From: a virus
Taxonomy: Duplodnaviria > Caudoviricetes
Reading direction: 5' to 3' (one strand)
Length of the DNA: 54,842 nt
Virus record (IMG/VR): IMGVR_UViG_3300007784_000001
Span: 1 to 54,842 of that record
Shown: piece by piece, positions 19,885 to 28,768 of the stretch
How the letters are laid out: every line of letters begins with the position of its first letter
Numbering within the stretch: position 1 is the stretch's first letter
Notes under the pieces: generated by a model
Told to the model about the DNA's origin: nothing
The model's input: only the letters and a program-made list of their open reading frames with translations
The model's database searches: none
Program-made: the position numbers and the translations under genes

Positions 19885-20363
19885 TACAAATTCCCCTGCT
19901 GATCAACGGGATGTCGATCAATCAGATTGAATTGTATCATCGTTCCACCTACGCTGGGATAGTGAGCAAATACTTTGCTCTGTCCTTCAACGTAGTAGTT
20001 GACGGCTTCGCGTCCTATTTGAATGACTCGATCACCGCGCTTGATTTGTAAATTGGTCCATTTTCCATCAACGTACTCGACCAATCCGCGACGATACAAA
20101 TCCTTGTACCGAACTGCTACATACGACATAGTCGTATCGTCGACGCCCTTACGAGTGTACATAGGAATTTCATGCTTCGCGCTAGCGAAGTATTCCGAGT
20201 ACTGTCCCTTGACAGTGACACGCTCACCTGTACGAGGACTCTCACCTTCACGAATGGCCTGTCCTACTGGTTCACGCGCATACCGATCGTAAACAGTCTC
20301 CTCACGATCAAGCAATTCGAACGTGATGTCGATCGGATGAAGAAGGTTTGGTTCTATCGGCAT
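19884..20363 (-). CDS. Head closure (stopper) protein
   Basis: 159 aa, IKRGDRV motif, follows the adaptor. Confidence 0.55.
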   Translation of the reverse strand: MPIEPNLLHPIDITFELLDREETVYDRYAREPVGQAIREGESPRTGERVTVKGQYSEYFASAKHEIPMYTRKGVDDTTMSYVAVRYKDLYRRGLVEYVDGKWTNLQIKRGDRVIQIGREAVNYYVEGQSKVFAHYPSVGGTMIQFNLIDRHPVDQQGNL

Positions 20364-20381
20364 TGTCTACCCGGTTAGACA
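20364..20381. repeat. Palindrome copy 6 (TGTCTACCCGGTTAGACA)
   Basis: Contains the adaptor TAA stop and abuts the next ATG. Confidence 0.95.
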
Positions 20382-21343
20382 CCACGTCGCGGCATCGTAC
20401 GCGGTGCGGCAATTCGTATAGGTGAACGATACTTTCGTATCGCATCATCGACTTCTGTCAGCCCAGTCGGACCCCATGTCTTCAACCGATTGAACAAATC
20501 CGCAAACTCCTTGCGATGTCGATCGGTAACTTCCTCGATGAGTCTACCAGCGGCCAGTTGATCAATCTGATCGTCAGGCAAGTATTCCTTGGTTGCATTG
20601 ACAAGAACCAAGATTGCTCGCGTGATTGCATACGGTGTTGACCCATCAGCTTCGGTATATCCCCACGTTCCGACTATACGCTGGTTCAAATCCCCAATCT
20701 CAAATATCGAACCACTTGGACTGTAGATACTACTAGTCCCAGTCTTCAACATGATGTGAGGATTACGCCTATCATCCCTTACTGGACCACGACCATTGTA
20801 CACCGCATAACGAGTCGAATCTACGGGAGTGTCGAAATCGTCGTTGATGTACAACTCCGAAACTTCAATGATGGGAATAGGAAGTAGAAGCATCCTAGAA
20901 CCATCGCCGTCAAGATCGACAGTAGCCTCCTTCGGCGTAAAGAAATTACCGGTCTTGTCCTCGAACCATTGTTGCCAACTTGTCGAGAGTTTGATAGCGC
21001 GGTCATCGGTCAACTCCGTCTCTGTAATACCCTCATCTCGAATATCCTGGAGTGTAGTATAGAGTCCACCGTCTATACCTTGAATCGCTCTCGATAATGA
21101 AGATTCGAGCGTAGTCGTCGAATTGTAGTACGAAGTTTTATACCAATACGATGACGTCGGAGCAGTGTTATCGATGTACTCATACACCGTTTGGTCAGCG
21201 ACCAACGTGATTCTTGAAAGTGCATCGGTAATCTCAGCGTATACACCTTCTTCTGCATCCGAACGGTATACTTTGATTTGATCGAATTGAGTCATCACAT
21301 TCGACAACTCACGAACTCTTATTCGAATCTTTACGGTAGCCAT
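20375..21343 (-). CDS. Head-tail adaptor with an N-terminal Fn3-like domain
   Basis: YTTLQDIR, DGDG...LLLPIPIIEV and WGY motifs; N-terminal VYRS..YIDN..YWYK. Confidence 0.7.
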   Translation of the reverse strand: MATVKIRIRVRELSNVMTQFDQIKVYRSDAEEGVYAEITDALSRITLVADQTVYEYIDNTAPTSSYWYKTSYYNSTTTLESSLSRAIQGIDGGLYTTLQDIRDEGITETELTDDRAIKLSTSWQQWFEDKTGNFFTPKEATVDLDGDGSRMLLLPIPIIEVSELYINDDFDTPVDSTRYAVYNGRGPVRDDRRNPHIMLKTGTSSIYSPSGSIFEIGDLNQRIVGTWGYTEADGSTPYAITRAILVLVNATKEYLPDDQIDQLAAGRLIEEVTDRHRKEFADLFNRLKTWGPTGLTEVDDAIRKYRSPIRIAAPRTMPRRGV

Positions 21344-21344
21344 C

Positions 21345-21794
21345 CTACACCTCTTCCGCCGACAAAATCTCAGGACGAAGATCTATCGCGGTAGCTATTT
21401 CGGGCGACAGATGTTCATTCCCAATCATCTGTGGATAACTGTCCTCTGGTGTCTGATCAACTGCATCTATTACATTCGGTATCAGATGGATTGTACCGTA
21501 AATTTCCGGCAATAGCTCGAAAGCTTGCATGGTCTCAGGTGGTCCTTGAATCGACCCACCCGTAGGAGCACTTTCCTGATAGTAGTAATGAACTGTATCG
21601 CCAACAAGTGGTGCTTCTCTATGGCGTATTGAGTTACCGCCAAGCTCAATGATGCCATCGTTATCCGCAGGACGGACAAGCACACCATTGAGGTACATGA
21701 AAACTGTACCTGGATAGTACGCACTTGGCGTTGTGAAATCGACATTCGCCCCGTCGACAATTCCAATGGCTTCTGCTAGTACAGGATTGCTCAT
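21345..21794 (-). CDS. Virion accessory protein (small beta module)
   Basis: G.VDG.N..F..YLNG..AP..GD.V..Y module shared with 21791..22054. Confidence 0.55.
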   Translation of the reverse strand: MSNPVLAEAIGIVDGANVDFTTPSAYYPGTVFMYLNGVLVRPADNDGIIELGGNSIRHREAPLVGDTVHYYYQESAPTGGSIQGPPETMQAFELLPEIYGTIHLIPNVIDAVDQTPEDSYPQMIGNEHLSPEIATAIDLRPEILSAEEV

Positions 21795-22054
21795 GCTTCC
21801 ATATACCTCACAACGATCGTATCACCTTCGAACGGCGATTCCTTCATTGTAAATTCTCCAGTACCGGGATTCGTCTCTATGAAACCATCGTCGTCGTCAC
21901 GTCTGAACAAATGACCATTGTGCCATACCTTCAACGTATCGGATTGATACGCAAAGATAGTGAAGAACGTTGTATTAGCTCCGTTGATATCTCCCGTTGC
22001 TACTTCCACATGTTCATCATTCGTTGCCATTCTTCCCCTCCCGTTGACGAGCAC
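21791..22054 (-). CDS. Virion accessory protein (same beta module); likely start ATG 22030
   Basis: GDING.N..F..WHNG..SP..GD.I...Y. Confidence 0.55.
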   Translation of the reverse strand: MLVNGRGRMATNDEHVEVATGDINGANTTFFTIFAYQSDTLKVWHNGHLFRRDDDDGFIETNPGTGEFTMKESPFEGDTIVVRYMEA

Positions 22055-22736
22055 GTTTCAATATTCTCTGAATCGATTTCTTCTCATACTCAGTCATATT
22101 GAAATCGTCTATCGCCTGTTCCACATCACCAATATCAATATCTTGTTTCGGAGGTGGAACAGAACGAGCGGCACGAGTTACTTCAACAGGCAACCTACGA
22201 ATTTCTTTCATGAAAGTATCACGAATGATTTTGATCTCTTGATCGTTCTCTGTAATATCTTTCTTGTTCACTTCAATATGTGATGTATTCTCAACTGTTG
22301 ATACACGAATTGAAATAGCAAATATCACCGCAGCCGTAATTATCGTTCCGGCTACACCAATAACCCACCACACAAGGCGGTTCGTATTAGAAACATTAAC
22401 CATGGCAGAACTTGCCACGGTCTTCGTATCGGATACTTTTGTTTGAAGAGAATCGATATCAGAATCTTGTTGCTTCTGACGTTCTTGTTCCGAACATCCA
22501 TGAGAATGGATGCTCTCGTTCTTTTTGTGCTCAGCTAATCCATGTAGTGCTTCTCGTGCCGTATCGCGAGCATCACGAGTATCTTCGATAAGAGGTGGAA
22601 GTATTTCTTTGCGAAGCATGTTGACGTTAGCATGTGTACTCGCAACCAACGATCGCACATCTTCTAACGTCGATACAGGAACCGGAGTAGTCGGCGATCT
22701 ACGTCTTCGGTCTCCTTCGCTCATTACTACCTCCAT
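22017..22736 (-). CDS. Coiled-coil single-TM membrane protein
   Basis: Hydrophobic LVWWVIGVAGTIITAAVIFAI flanked by heptad regions. Confidence 0.6.
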   Translation of the reverse strand: MEVVMSEGDRRRRSPTTPVPVSTLEDVRSLVASTHANVNMLRKEILPPLIEDTRDARDTAREALHGLAEHKKNESIHSHGCSEQERQKQQDSDIDSLQTKVSDTKTVASSAMVNVSNTNRLVWWVIGVAGTIITAAVIFAISIRVSTVENTSHIEVNKKDITENDQEIKIIRDTFMKEIRRLPVEVTRAARSVPPPKQDIDIGDVEQAIDDFNMTEYEKKSIQRILKRARQREGKNGNE

Positions 22737-23019
22737 TCTCTTCTTTGACCGGAGGGGGTTGACTCGTTTTTGATATCAAACGAGATAGCATCTCACTGTG
22801 CTTACGGCACACTTGTCGAATATTTGCTATTTCGGAACCATTCTCTTGATACTGATTTTGTACCAATTCGACAGACATCTTCAACCCATTTACGACACGT
22901 TCGATAATGTTCAATCGATTTTCGAGTGTACGGAGGTAAGTACGCAGTTCAATCAACTCATCATAAACAAGTTGAAGTAACTTCGTATCAGGCGAGGTAT
23001 CATGATTGTCGTCTTGCAT
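22699..23019 (-). CDS. Coiled-coil hypothetical protein
   Basis: 106-aa heptad pattern within the operon. Confidence 0.55.
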   Translation of the reverse strand: MQDDNHDTSPDTKLLQLVYDELIELRTYLRTLENRLNIIERVVNGLKMSVELVQNQYQENGSEIANIRQVCRKHSEMLSRLISKTSQPPPVKEENGGSNERRRPKT

Positions 23020-23025
23020 CGCATG

Positions 23026-23043
23026 TGTCTACCCGGTTAGACA
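23026..23043. repeat. Palindrome copy 7 (TGTCTACCCGGTTAGACA)
   Basis: Intergenic; extends to GTGTCT...AGACAC. Confidence 0.95.
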
Positions 23044-23056
23044 CCGACTAAACCTA

Positions 23057-23746
23057 TTACGATATCCTCTTGAACAACACCCGTGCTCGACGAATGTATG
23101 CAGTACCACCACCAGAAACCTGGAAGTCCATGTCGATAGTATGACTACCCGAAGAGATATCTTGGATAGTCATTCCGCAACTTGACTTCCAATCAGAATA
23201 CGGCCAAGAATCAAATCCAATTTCAATCGAATCGTTGACCTCGACTTTCATCTGTGCTTTTTCACTGGCAGTGTTGTTGCTATGCTTCAACTCACAATAC
23301 CAATGGACCTCGTATGTACCAGTTGGTATATCAGTAACAGACACCCGAACCTTCTGTGCCCAAGTACTGGTATTGGTATCCTCATCCTCGTCTTTTACCG
23401 AATTGATTTCTTGATCTATATCGGTCGACAAAAGAATTCGTTCATCGTCAATTGTAACAATCCCGCCACCTTGTGTGAGAATCTTTGCCAACCGAAGATG
23501 AGCTACCGTTGGAAACCCTGTCGTATTGATCGTCAACACTCCAGAGTTATTCAAATAGACATAATTCCACGAATTGTTCGTCAGACTATTATTGATAGAA
23601 CCAGCATACGTCTTTTTGCCTCCGTTGATTTCATAGTGGAAAGAAAGCACTGCAATCGATAGGTCACCATCTGGCACCACCATCCCTGCGGCTAGCGTGC
23701 CAATCATCTGAACCTGTCCACCAGTTACGTAAACACTAGACGGCAT
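23057..23746 (-). CDS. Putative virion structural protein
   Basis: 229 aa, beta-rich with a C-terminal jelly-roll-like pattern. Confidence 0.55.
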   Translation of the reverse strand: MPSSVYVTGGQVQMIGTLAAGMVVPDGDLSIAVLSFHYEINGGKKTYAGSINNSLTNNSWNYVYLNNSGVLTINTTGFPTVAHLRLAKILTQGGGIVTIDDERILLSTDIDQEINSVKDEDEDTNTSTWAQKVRVSVTDIPTGTYEVHWYCELKHSNNTASEKAQMKVEVNDSIEIGFDSWPYSDWKSSCGMTIQDISSGSHTIDMDFQVSGGGTAYIRRARVLFKRIS

Positions 23747-23771
23747 CTATCTTATACGCTTTCTCCCCCCA

Positions 23772-24782
23772 TTAATCGGCAGCTACGTTTCCTTTCACGA
23801 AACAACGAAAGTACGTGCCACAACTTGAAAGGTCATCTTGGACTGTCACACGTACCACATCAGACGTACCGGCTCGGAGCACAAGACCACCGCCAATCAC
23901 GTATGCCGACGTCATCATATCTTTCGATGAGACAACCCATTCAAATCCACCGGGACTCGCGAAATTCACAAAACTCTCGTTCTGTACCATGTTATAGAGA
24001 GTTACTGTTCCGCTAGCAACAATCGCTTGAACTAACAACCCATTAGATAACGGACCAGACACACTTCCAAAATAGGATGTTCCGAAAGTAATCGAGTTGG
24101 CCGCCATAGTAAATTTGATCTCTTGCAATGCTATGTCATGCGTCGCATCAGCGGTATACTCGAACACTACTGGCGTTGTACTCCCATCAACTCGAAGGTC
24201 CGACGAATCTCCAGAATCCTCAACAAATTCGTTCTTTATGGATTCGGACACTGACGGAAAAGATACAATATCGCCAGCGGGAGTGAGCAACGTTGCCTCA
24301 AGACGACCCCTGCCTGTCCCCGTATCGATCACATCCAAGTGGACCAGATCAGAAGCACCCTTCGCTATCTTAGCATCGGACTGAAGACGATAGATAGAAC
24401 CATCAAGAATCACACCAACCTTGTTGCCGACATCATCTACAATGTAAAGTGGCCAACCAGACGCTGCCGCAGCGCGTGTTCCTTGAGCTACCGCCCCAAT
24501 CTCATTGGTTCCAGCCGGAAGTTGGTCCGTAATCTTCTTGACGCCGTCCGTATCCTTGATTGAATCCAGGACTGCATCGATAGTAGCAAGACGACCATCG
24601 GCTGTAGAAAGAGTCGATTCGGACGCACGTGTAGCCAGAGTGTCTTCTGTTGATGGATTAACCTGTGAACCAGAACTATTGAGTACTTTGCTAATAGTAC
24701 CCAAACGTAAATCACCACCATCATTCGTGACGAGGATTTGGCCATTGGCATCGTACAGAATTACTGCGGGCGAGATTCCCAT
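23772..24782 (-). CDS. Putative virion structural protein
   Basis: 336 aa; C-terminal domain (VDGSTTPVVF...VQDDL) homologous to 41189..41734. Confidence 0.6.
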   Translation of the reverse strand: MGISPAVILYDANGQILVTNDGGDLRLGTISKVLNSSGSQVNPSTEDTLATRASESTLSTADGRLATIDAVLDSIKDTDGVKKITDQLPAGTNEIGAVAQGTRAAAASGWPLYIVDDVGNKVGVILDGSIYRLQSDAKIAKGASDLVHLDVIDTGTGRGRLEATLLTPAGDIVSFPSVSESIKNEFVEDSGDSSDLRVDGSTTPVVFEYTADATHDIALQEIKFTMAANSITFGTSYFGSVSGPLSNGLLVQAIVASGTVTLYNMVQNESFVNFASPGGFEWVVSSKDMMTSAYVIGGGLVLRAGTSDVVRVTVQDDLSSCGTYFRCFVKGNVAAD

Positions 24783-25267
24783 TATGCCACCGTTATGGTT
24801 CTGGTTCTCGTGGTCTCAAATATTCCAGAATACGAAATAGCATCTGAGACCGTAGCAAGTAACGTTGAACCATCCGTATCATAAATCTTCCACTCGTCAG
24901 TTGTGAGATTCACACCTGTCCAAGTCAACGTGCGTTCAACGATTTTTTTCAGTTTACTCGACGACTCCCACCATATGATCGATGTCGGAAAAACACTAGC
25001 AGAAGGAAGTGTTTCCTTATATGCACCAGACGTAAATCCTTCCGCTGGTCCTTCCGAAATAAAGTGAATGAGTTGTCGTATAGTCTCATGTTGAGACTCG
25101 GAAATGCCACTACCCGAACGTGGGTCGTACTCGCCATCACTATCGTAGCAGCTAAACCGAGAACCGGTATAACGCATTTCACCGGATTCGGTAGCTACTC
25201 CGTAGTCATCGAAGTATATACCTTCTTCGATAAGTGGTCCGGGTTTTCTATCAGGAGTCTGAGGCAT
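24782..25267 (-). CDS. Putative virion protein
   Basis: 161 aa, translationally coupled in the structural operon. Confidence 0.55.
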   Translation of the reverse strand: MPQTPDRKPGPLIEEGIYFDDYGVATESGEMRYTGSRFSCYDSDGEYDPRSGSGISESQHETIRQLIHFISEGPAEGFTSGAYKETLPSASVFPTSIIWWESSSKLKKIVERTLTWTGVNLTTDEWKIYDTDGSTLLATVSDAISYSGIFETTRTRTITVA

Positions 25268-25832
25268 CGGTAGCGAGTCTCCTCACCTTTTTCTTGGGCT
25301 TTGGAGATGTCTCACCGGTTAGACGATTTTGCGCTGCTACCATGCGACGCTGTTTGACCGTCATACCAGGACGTACTCCAACCACGTGACTGGAACGTCC
25401 ATTTGAATTTTGAGGTGTCTCTTGTTCTTCTGTCTCAGCAGATTGTACCGCTTTGATCTTCTGCAACTCGTTATCGTATATCTTTTTGGTAGCTGCAATG
25501 TGACGTTCAAACGCCGATACAGCACCTTGTGCCATCAAAGTGCGTTGTTCAAAAGTCATCGCACTTGATTGCAAAACAGCGACTGCCCGCTGGAGATAAA
25601 CCTTGATATGCTTGGCTACCTCCAGCGGGCTAGTCACATCGAGTTTACCTTCGTCGAGATCTTGATCTACATGCTTGGCAAGCGACTCGACTTTTTTGAT
25701 AGTCTGGACAAGTCCACCATTTGCACCTTGAGCTAGATGGTAATCCTTCTTGGCTTGCTCCAACGTACCCTCAGCAAGCACACCCATCTCATGGATAGTC
25801 ATACACTTGATTTCGGACTTGACCAGACTCAT
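25251..25832 (-). CDS. Helical hypothetical protein
   Basis: 193 aa, AGGAG SD, basic C-terminal tail. Confidence 0.55.
   Translation of the reverse strand: MSLVKSEIKCMTIHEMGVLAEGTLEQAKKDYHLAQGANGGLVQTIKKVESLAKHVDQDLDEGKLDVTSPLEVAKHIKVYLQRAVAVLQSSAMTFEQRTLMAQGAVSAFERHIAATKKIYDNELQKIKAVQSAETEEQETPQNSNGRSSHVVGVRPGMTVKQRRMVAAQNRLTGETSPKPKKKVRRLATDASDS
25308..25325. repeat. Palindrome copy 8 (TGTCTCACCGGTTAGACG), intragenic
   Basis: Inside the 3' part of 25251..25832 (RLTGET). Confidence 0.9.
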
Positions 25833-25862
25833 ATCCTAACTCCTACTTGTTACCAATCATCC

Positions 25863-27782
25863 CTATGCGTAAGGAATGACGCAAATGACGTCATTGTTGA
25901 TGACCGGGAACTCGAACTTGAGCTGACCATTCGCCAGGCTTGTACCTGGGTAGTAGTCGTTGTTGGCAGCAGCATCCACTCCCGGCCTCAAAAGTTCCCC
26001 ATTCAAGAAGACGTCATAATCCGTAATGAAAGTACCAGCACTCATGTCAGGCAACTGAGCATCGAGGTTGGCACCACCACCGATACCACCAACATCAGTA
26101 TCGGCAACTGTCGTCGAAGTCACATTGGCATACGTCTTGGTACCACGAGCACCATGATTGTATGCCTGAACAACAGCATTCATGAGACTGACTTCACCAC
26201 CGAAAGCAGTCTCGTAATCGCTGACCTCTGTGGTAGTTTCGGATACCTTGACACCAGGGCCGGTCCAAGTTGCCTCGGATACCATATTGGTGTCATTGAG
26301 AATCAACTCGCCGGCAGCTTTGACTTCCAAATCACCGGCAGTCGTCTCAACCAAACCATCATTTACGCCAACATCGATAGGACGAGTCCCACCGCTGTTG
26401 ATGCTGGCACCCGAATTGAAGTCAACGTCGACGGCATTGTTGTCATACAGATCAACTGCCGAATCGATGGTAACTTCCGACGTACCACCAGCGGACCCCT
26501 CCGTAACACGGAACAACGTCGCTTCGAGGTCGTCTCGAATCTCCCAATAAAGACCAGCGCCCTCAAGATCGAGAATCGCATTGTTGGTCACATCAACAGG
26601 GGTAGAACCCTGATTATCATACGCGCTCTGGCGAGTCGCCGACGTTGCACCAGCATCGACAAAGTCGTCGCCAAGCCACGCATGCTCAGGAATGTCATCG
26701 AAAGCATAACGTTCTGCCGGCGAATAATCGATCAACGTACCACCGATCTCATCGGCAGATACCAAAATGAGATCGTCGTTCGTTGCATTGTGGATAACGA
26801 AACTCAACTGAACACGAGTCGATGCACTAGAAGTGATCGTGTGTCCATCGGTATTGCTCTCACTCTGAAGAAGACCATGAATCTCATTACCCGAACTATC
26901 CAACGGTGTTTGACCGGTGGTAGCATTAGCAATTCGACACAAGTTCTTCGGAGTCAGTGCATCGCCACCGGAAATCTCCGTCAGAGTTGCAGTACCGAAG
27001 TTGGCCTCGTATGCAACAACAGTACCGAGTGTCGTGACCGCGCCAACCGCAGCGGTCGTATTCCCTGGAAGCTCGCCGGCTCCAAGAATAACAACGTCAC
27101 CAGCACCACCCGACAACGTCGCAGCGCCCCACGAACCATTGGTCAGTGTCTCGGTCGTAGCGATGCTATTGCCACCAGTACCCGTCGACTTGGCGGTAGC
27201 ATCCATGGTATCGCCAGCGCCAGCCGCTGCCGTCACAGTGGGATGCAAAGTCGTCGAAGCCGCGTACAATGTACCCGAACCAGCTCCGAGGGTGATAGCC
27301 GCGATGAGGTTATCGAGGCTGTCGCTAGCCGTAGCGCCGATAAGCACATTGCCATCGACATCGGTAAGAGTCGCCTGGAACGTATACGTTTTGGTATCGA
27401 TGGTGACGGTTTCGGTATCGACCGCATTGCCCGTCAAGGTCAAAACACCGGTCGCAGCAGCGGCAGCCGGTACCGAAATATCAGCACCGACAACAGCACG
27501 GCGACGAAGAATACGCTTTCTCTCCAACTCGTGGAGATCGGTATTCAGATCATTGACGCCACGCTGTGACCCACTCTCAAATGTGGCAGGCGTGTTGAGA
27601 TCATCGTACCAATTGCCCGCCTGATCTTTGAGCAGATTGTGAACTTGAGACCGCAGACTATTGAGGTCGTCCTCAACGCTAACTGCGTTGGTCTCAAAGT
27701 TGGCCAATGACGGTACTACAGCATCATCGTACGTATCTGACTTTCTGATCTGGGTATCTTGTCGGATGAAAGTCCGTGCCAT
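25863..27782 (-). CDS. Large virion structural protein (decoration/collar/fibre-like)
   Basis: 639 aa, Thr/Gly/Ala/Asp-rich; ETVTIDTKTYTF..VLIGATASDSLDNLIAAI module; C-terminal VFLNG module. Confidence 0.65.
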   Translation of the reverse strand: MARTFIRQDTQIRKSDTYDDAVVPSLANFETNAVSVEDDLNSLRSQVHNLLKDQAGNWYDDLNTPATFESGSQRGVNDLNTDLHELERKRILRRRAVVGADISVPAAAAATGVLTLTGNAVDTETVTIDTKTYTFQATLTDVDGNVLIGATASDSLDNLIAAITLGAGSGTLYAASTTLHPTVTAAAGAGDTMDATAKSTGTGGNSIATTETLTNGSWGAATLSGGAGDVVILGAGELPGNTTAAVGAVTTLGTVVAYEANFGTATLTEISGGDALTPKNLCRIANATTGQTPLDSSGNEIHGLLQSESNTDGHTITSSASTRVQLSFVIHNATNDDLILVSADEIGGTLIDYSPAERYAFDDIPEHAWLGDDFVDAGATSATRQSAYDNQGSTPVDVTNNAILDLEGAGLYWEIRDDLEATLFRVTEGSAGGTSEVTIDSAVDLYDNNAVDVDFNSGASINSGGTRPIDVGVNDGLVETTAGDLEVKAAGELILNDTNMVSEATWTGPGVKVSETTTEVSDYETAFGGEVSLMNAVVQAYNHGARGTKTYANVTSTTVADTDVGGIGGGANLDAQLPDMSAGTFITDYDVFLNGELLRPGVDAAANNDYYPGTSLANGQLKFEFPVINNDVICVIPYA

Positions 27783-27856
27783 ATCGTCTCCTTAGCGCCA
27801 AAGGTTGTTCCCCCAGTTTCTAAATGACACGAATTCCATCGAACTACGTGAGACGC

Positions 27857-28072
27857 TCAACCGTATTTCTGCTTAGCCATCCCGCGTCGTATACCTTCAA
27901 ATGCAGCTATATCAGAATTGACATACTCCACTTTGAGCGAACGAATGATTTCGTTATCAATATCGAAAGACCACTCTCCATCTTTACCGCTTTTTCCAAC
28001 GCTGTATTCTTTCAAATCGTATCCCTTGAAACGAATGAATGCAGCTAGCGATACGTCGCGTGTCGAAAACAT
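27857..28072 (-). CDS. Small phage protein (DUF5659-like)
   Basis: TRDVSLAAFI..KGY pattern; GGAGG SD. Confidence 0.5.
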   Translation of the reverse strand: MFSTRDVSLAAFIRFKGYDLKEYSVGKSGKDGEWSFDIDNEIIRSLKVEYVNSDIAAFEGIRRGMAKQKYG

Positions 28073-28389
28073 CGGAAACCTCCCGAATGATCTAAATCGA
28101 AGACTACTCTCTTATCAGAATAATACAACGTAATGGTCAGTAAAAGAAAGTCACTTCTCATACAGAATCTTTCGCCTCGAATTTCCCGACAATTCATCAC
28201 AGGTTCTATCCACATTTGGTACTTATTATTTTGATTTAATGGCAGATCAGTACGTTTACCATCGTCGTCAACAATAGCCGCACGTCTTACTTGTCGGTGA
28301 ATATTCGGATTATCTAATGCACGAACATCACCTTCTCGACGCACATCGAGACGGATGGTTGTGCCATTATTGAGATGTAATATGACCAC
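28045..28389 (-). CDS. Hypothetical protein
   Basis: 114-aa ORF in operon. Confidence 0.5.
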   Translation of the reverse strand: MVILHLNNGTTIRLDVRREGDVRALDNPNIHRQVRRAAIVDDDGKRTDLPLNQNNKYQMWIEPVMNCREIRGERFCMRSDFLLLTITLYYSDKRVVFDLDHSGGFRCFRHATYR

Positions 28390-28393
28390 ACGT

Positions 28394-28411
28394 CATCTAA
28401 CCGGTTAGACG
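28394..28411. repeat. Palindrome copy 9 (CATCTAACCGGTTAGACG)
   Basis: Supplies the GTC-TAA stop of 28405..28695. Confidence 0.92.
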
Positions 28412-28695
28412 ATCACTCGGAACCAACCATGATCTCTAATCATCTTGAGATGTGCCATCGGAACTTTGGTCGGTTCGTTCTTCATGAACTTGATACCAGC
28501 CAACGTCAATGATGTCGCATCCTGAAGAATAGCGGTGAACTCTTTCGGCGGTGCCGGTTTCGGAATCACCTTCGGTGGAGGTGGTGGCGTGTAAGCCGAT
28601 ACTTCCTCCGACTCTTCTTCCATTTCATCGTCGGACATTTCGTCAACAACGACCGGTTCTTCTACTGCCTTGCGCGTTTTCCTGGGCTTTACCAT
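28405..28695 (-). CDS. Hypothetical protein downstream of the capsid gene
   Basis: 96 aa, acidic and Pro-rich linker; GGGAGG SD. Confidence 0.6.
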   Translation of the reverse strand: MVKPRKTRKAVEEPVVVDEMSDDEMEEESEEVSAYTPPPPPKVIPKPAPPKEFTAILQDATSLTLAGIKFMKNEPTKVPMAHLKMIRDHGWFRVIV

Positions 28696-28718
28696 CGAAT
28701 CCTCCCGAAATAGACAGA

Positions 28719-28754
28719 GGCACGGGAGTAGAGGCCGACGTCTACTCCCGTGCC
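28719..28754 (-). terminator. Stem-loop after the major capsid gene (terminator/mRNA stabiliser)
   Basis: GGCACGGGAGTAGA / TCTACTCCCGTGCC 14-bp stem, 8-nt loop, then TCTGTCTATTT on the minus strand. Confidence 0.7.
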
Positions 28755-28768
28755 CTGCCCTTCAAAAA

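Noticed and set aside
25737-27569. 610-aa plus-strand ORF (and similar antisense ORFs at 13727-14566, 17099-17911, 29306-30004)
   Set aside because: Antisense shadows of codon-biased structural genes; no SD or recognisable motifs
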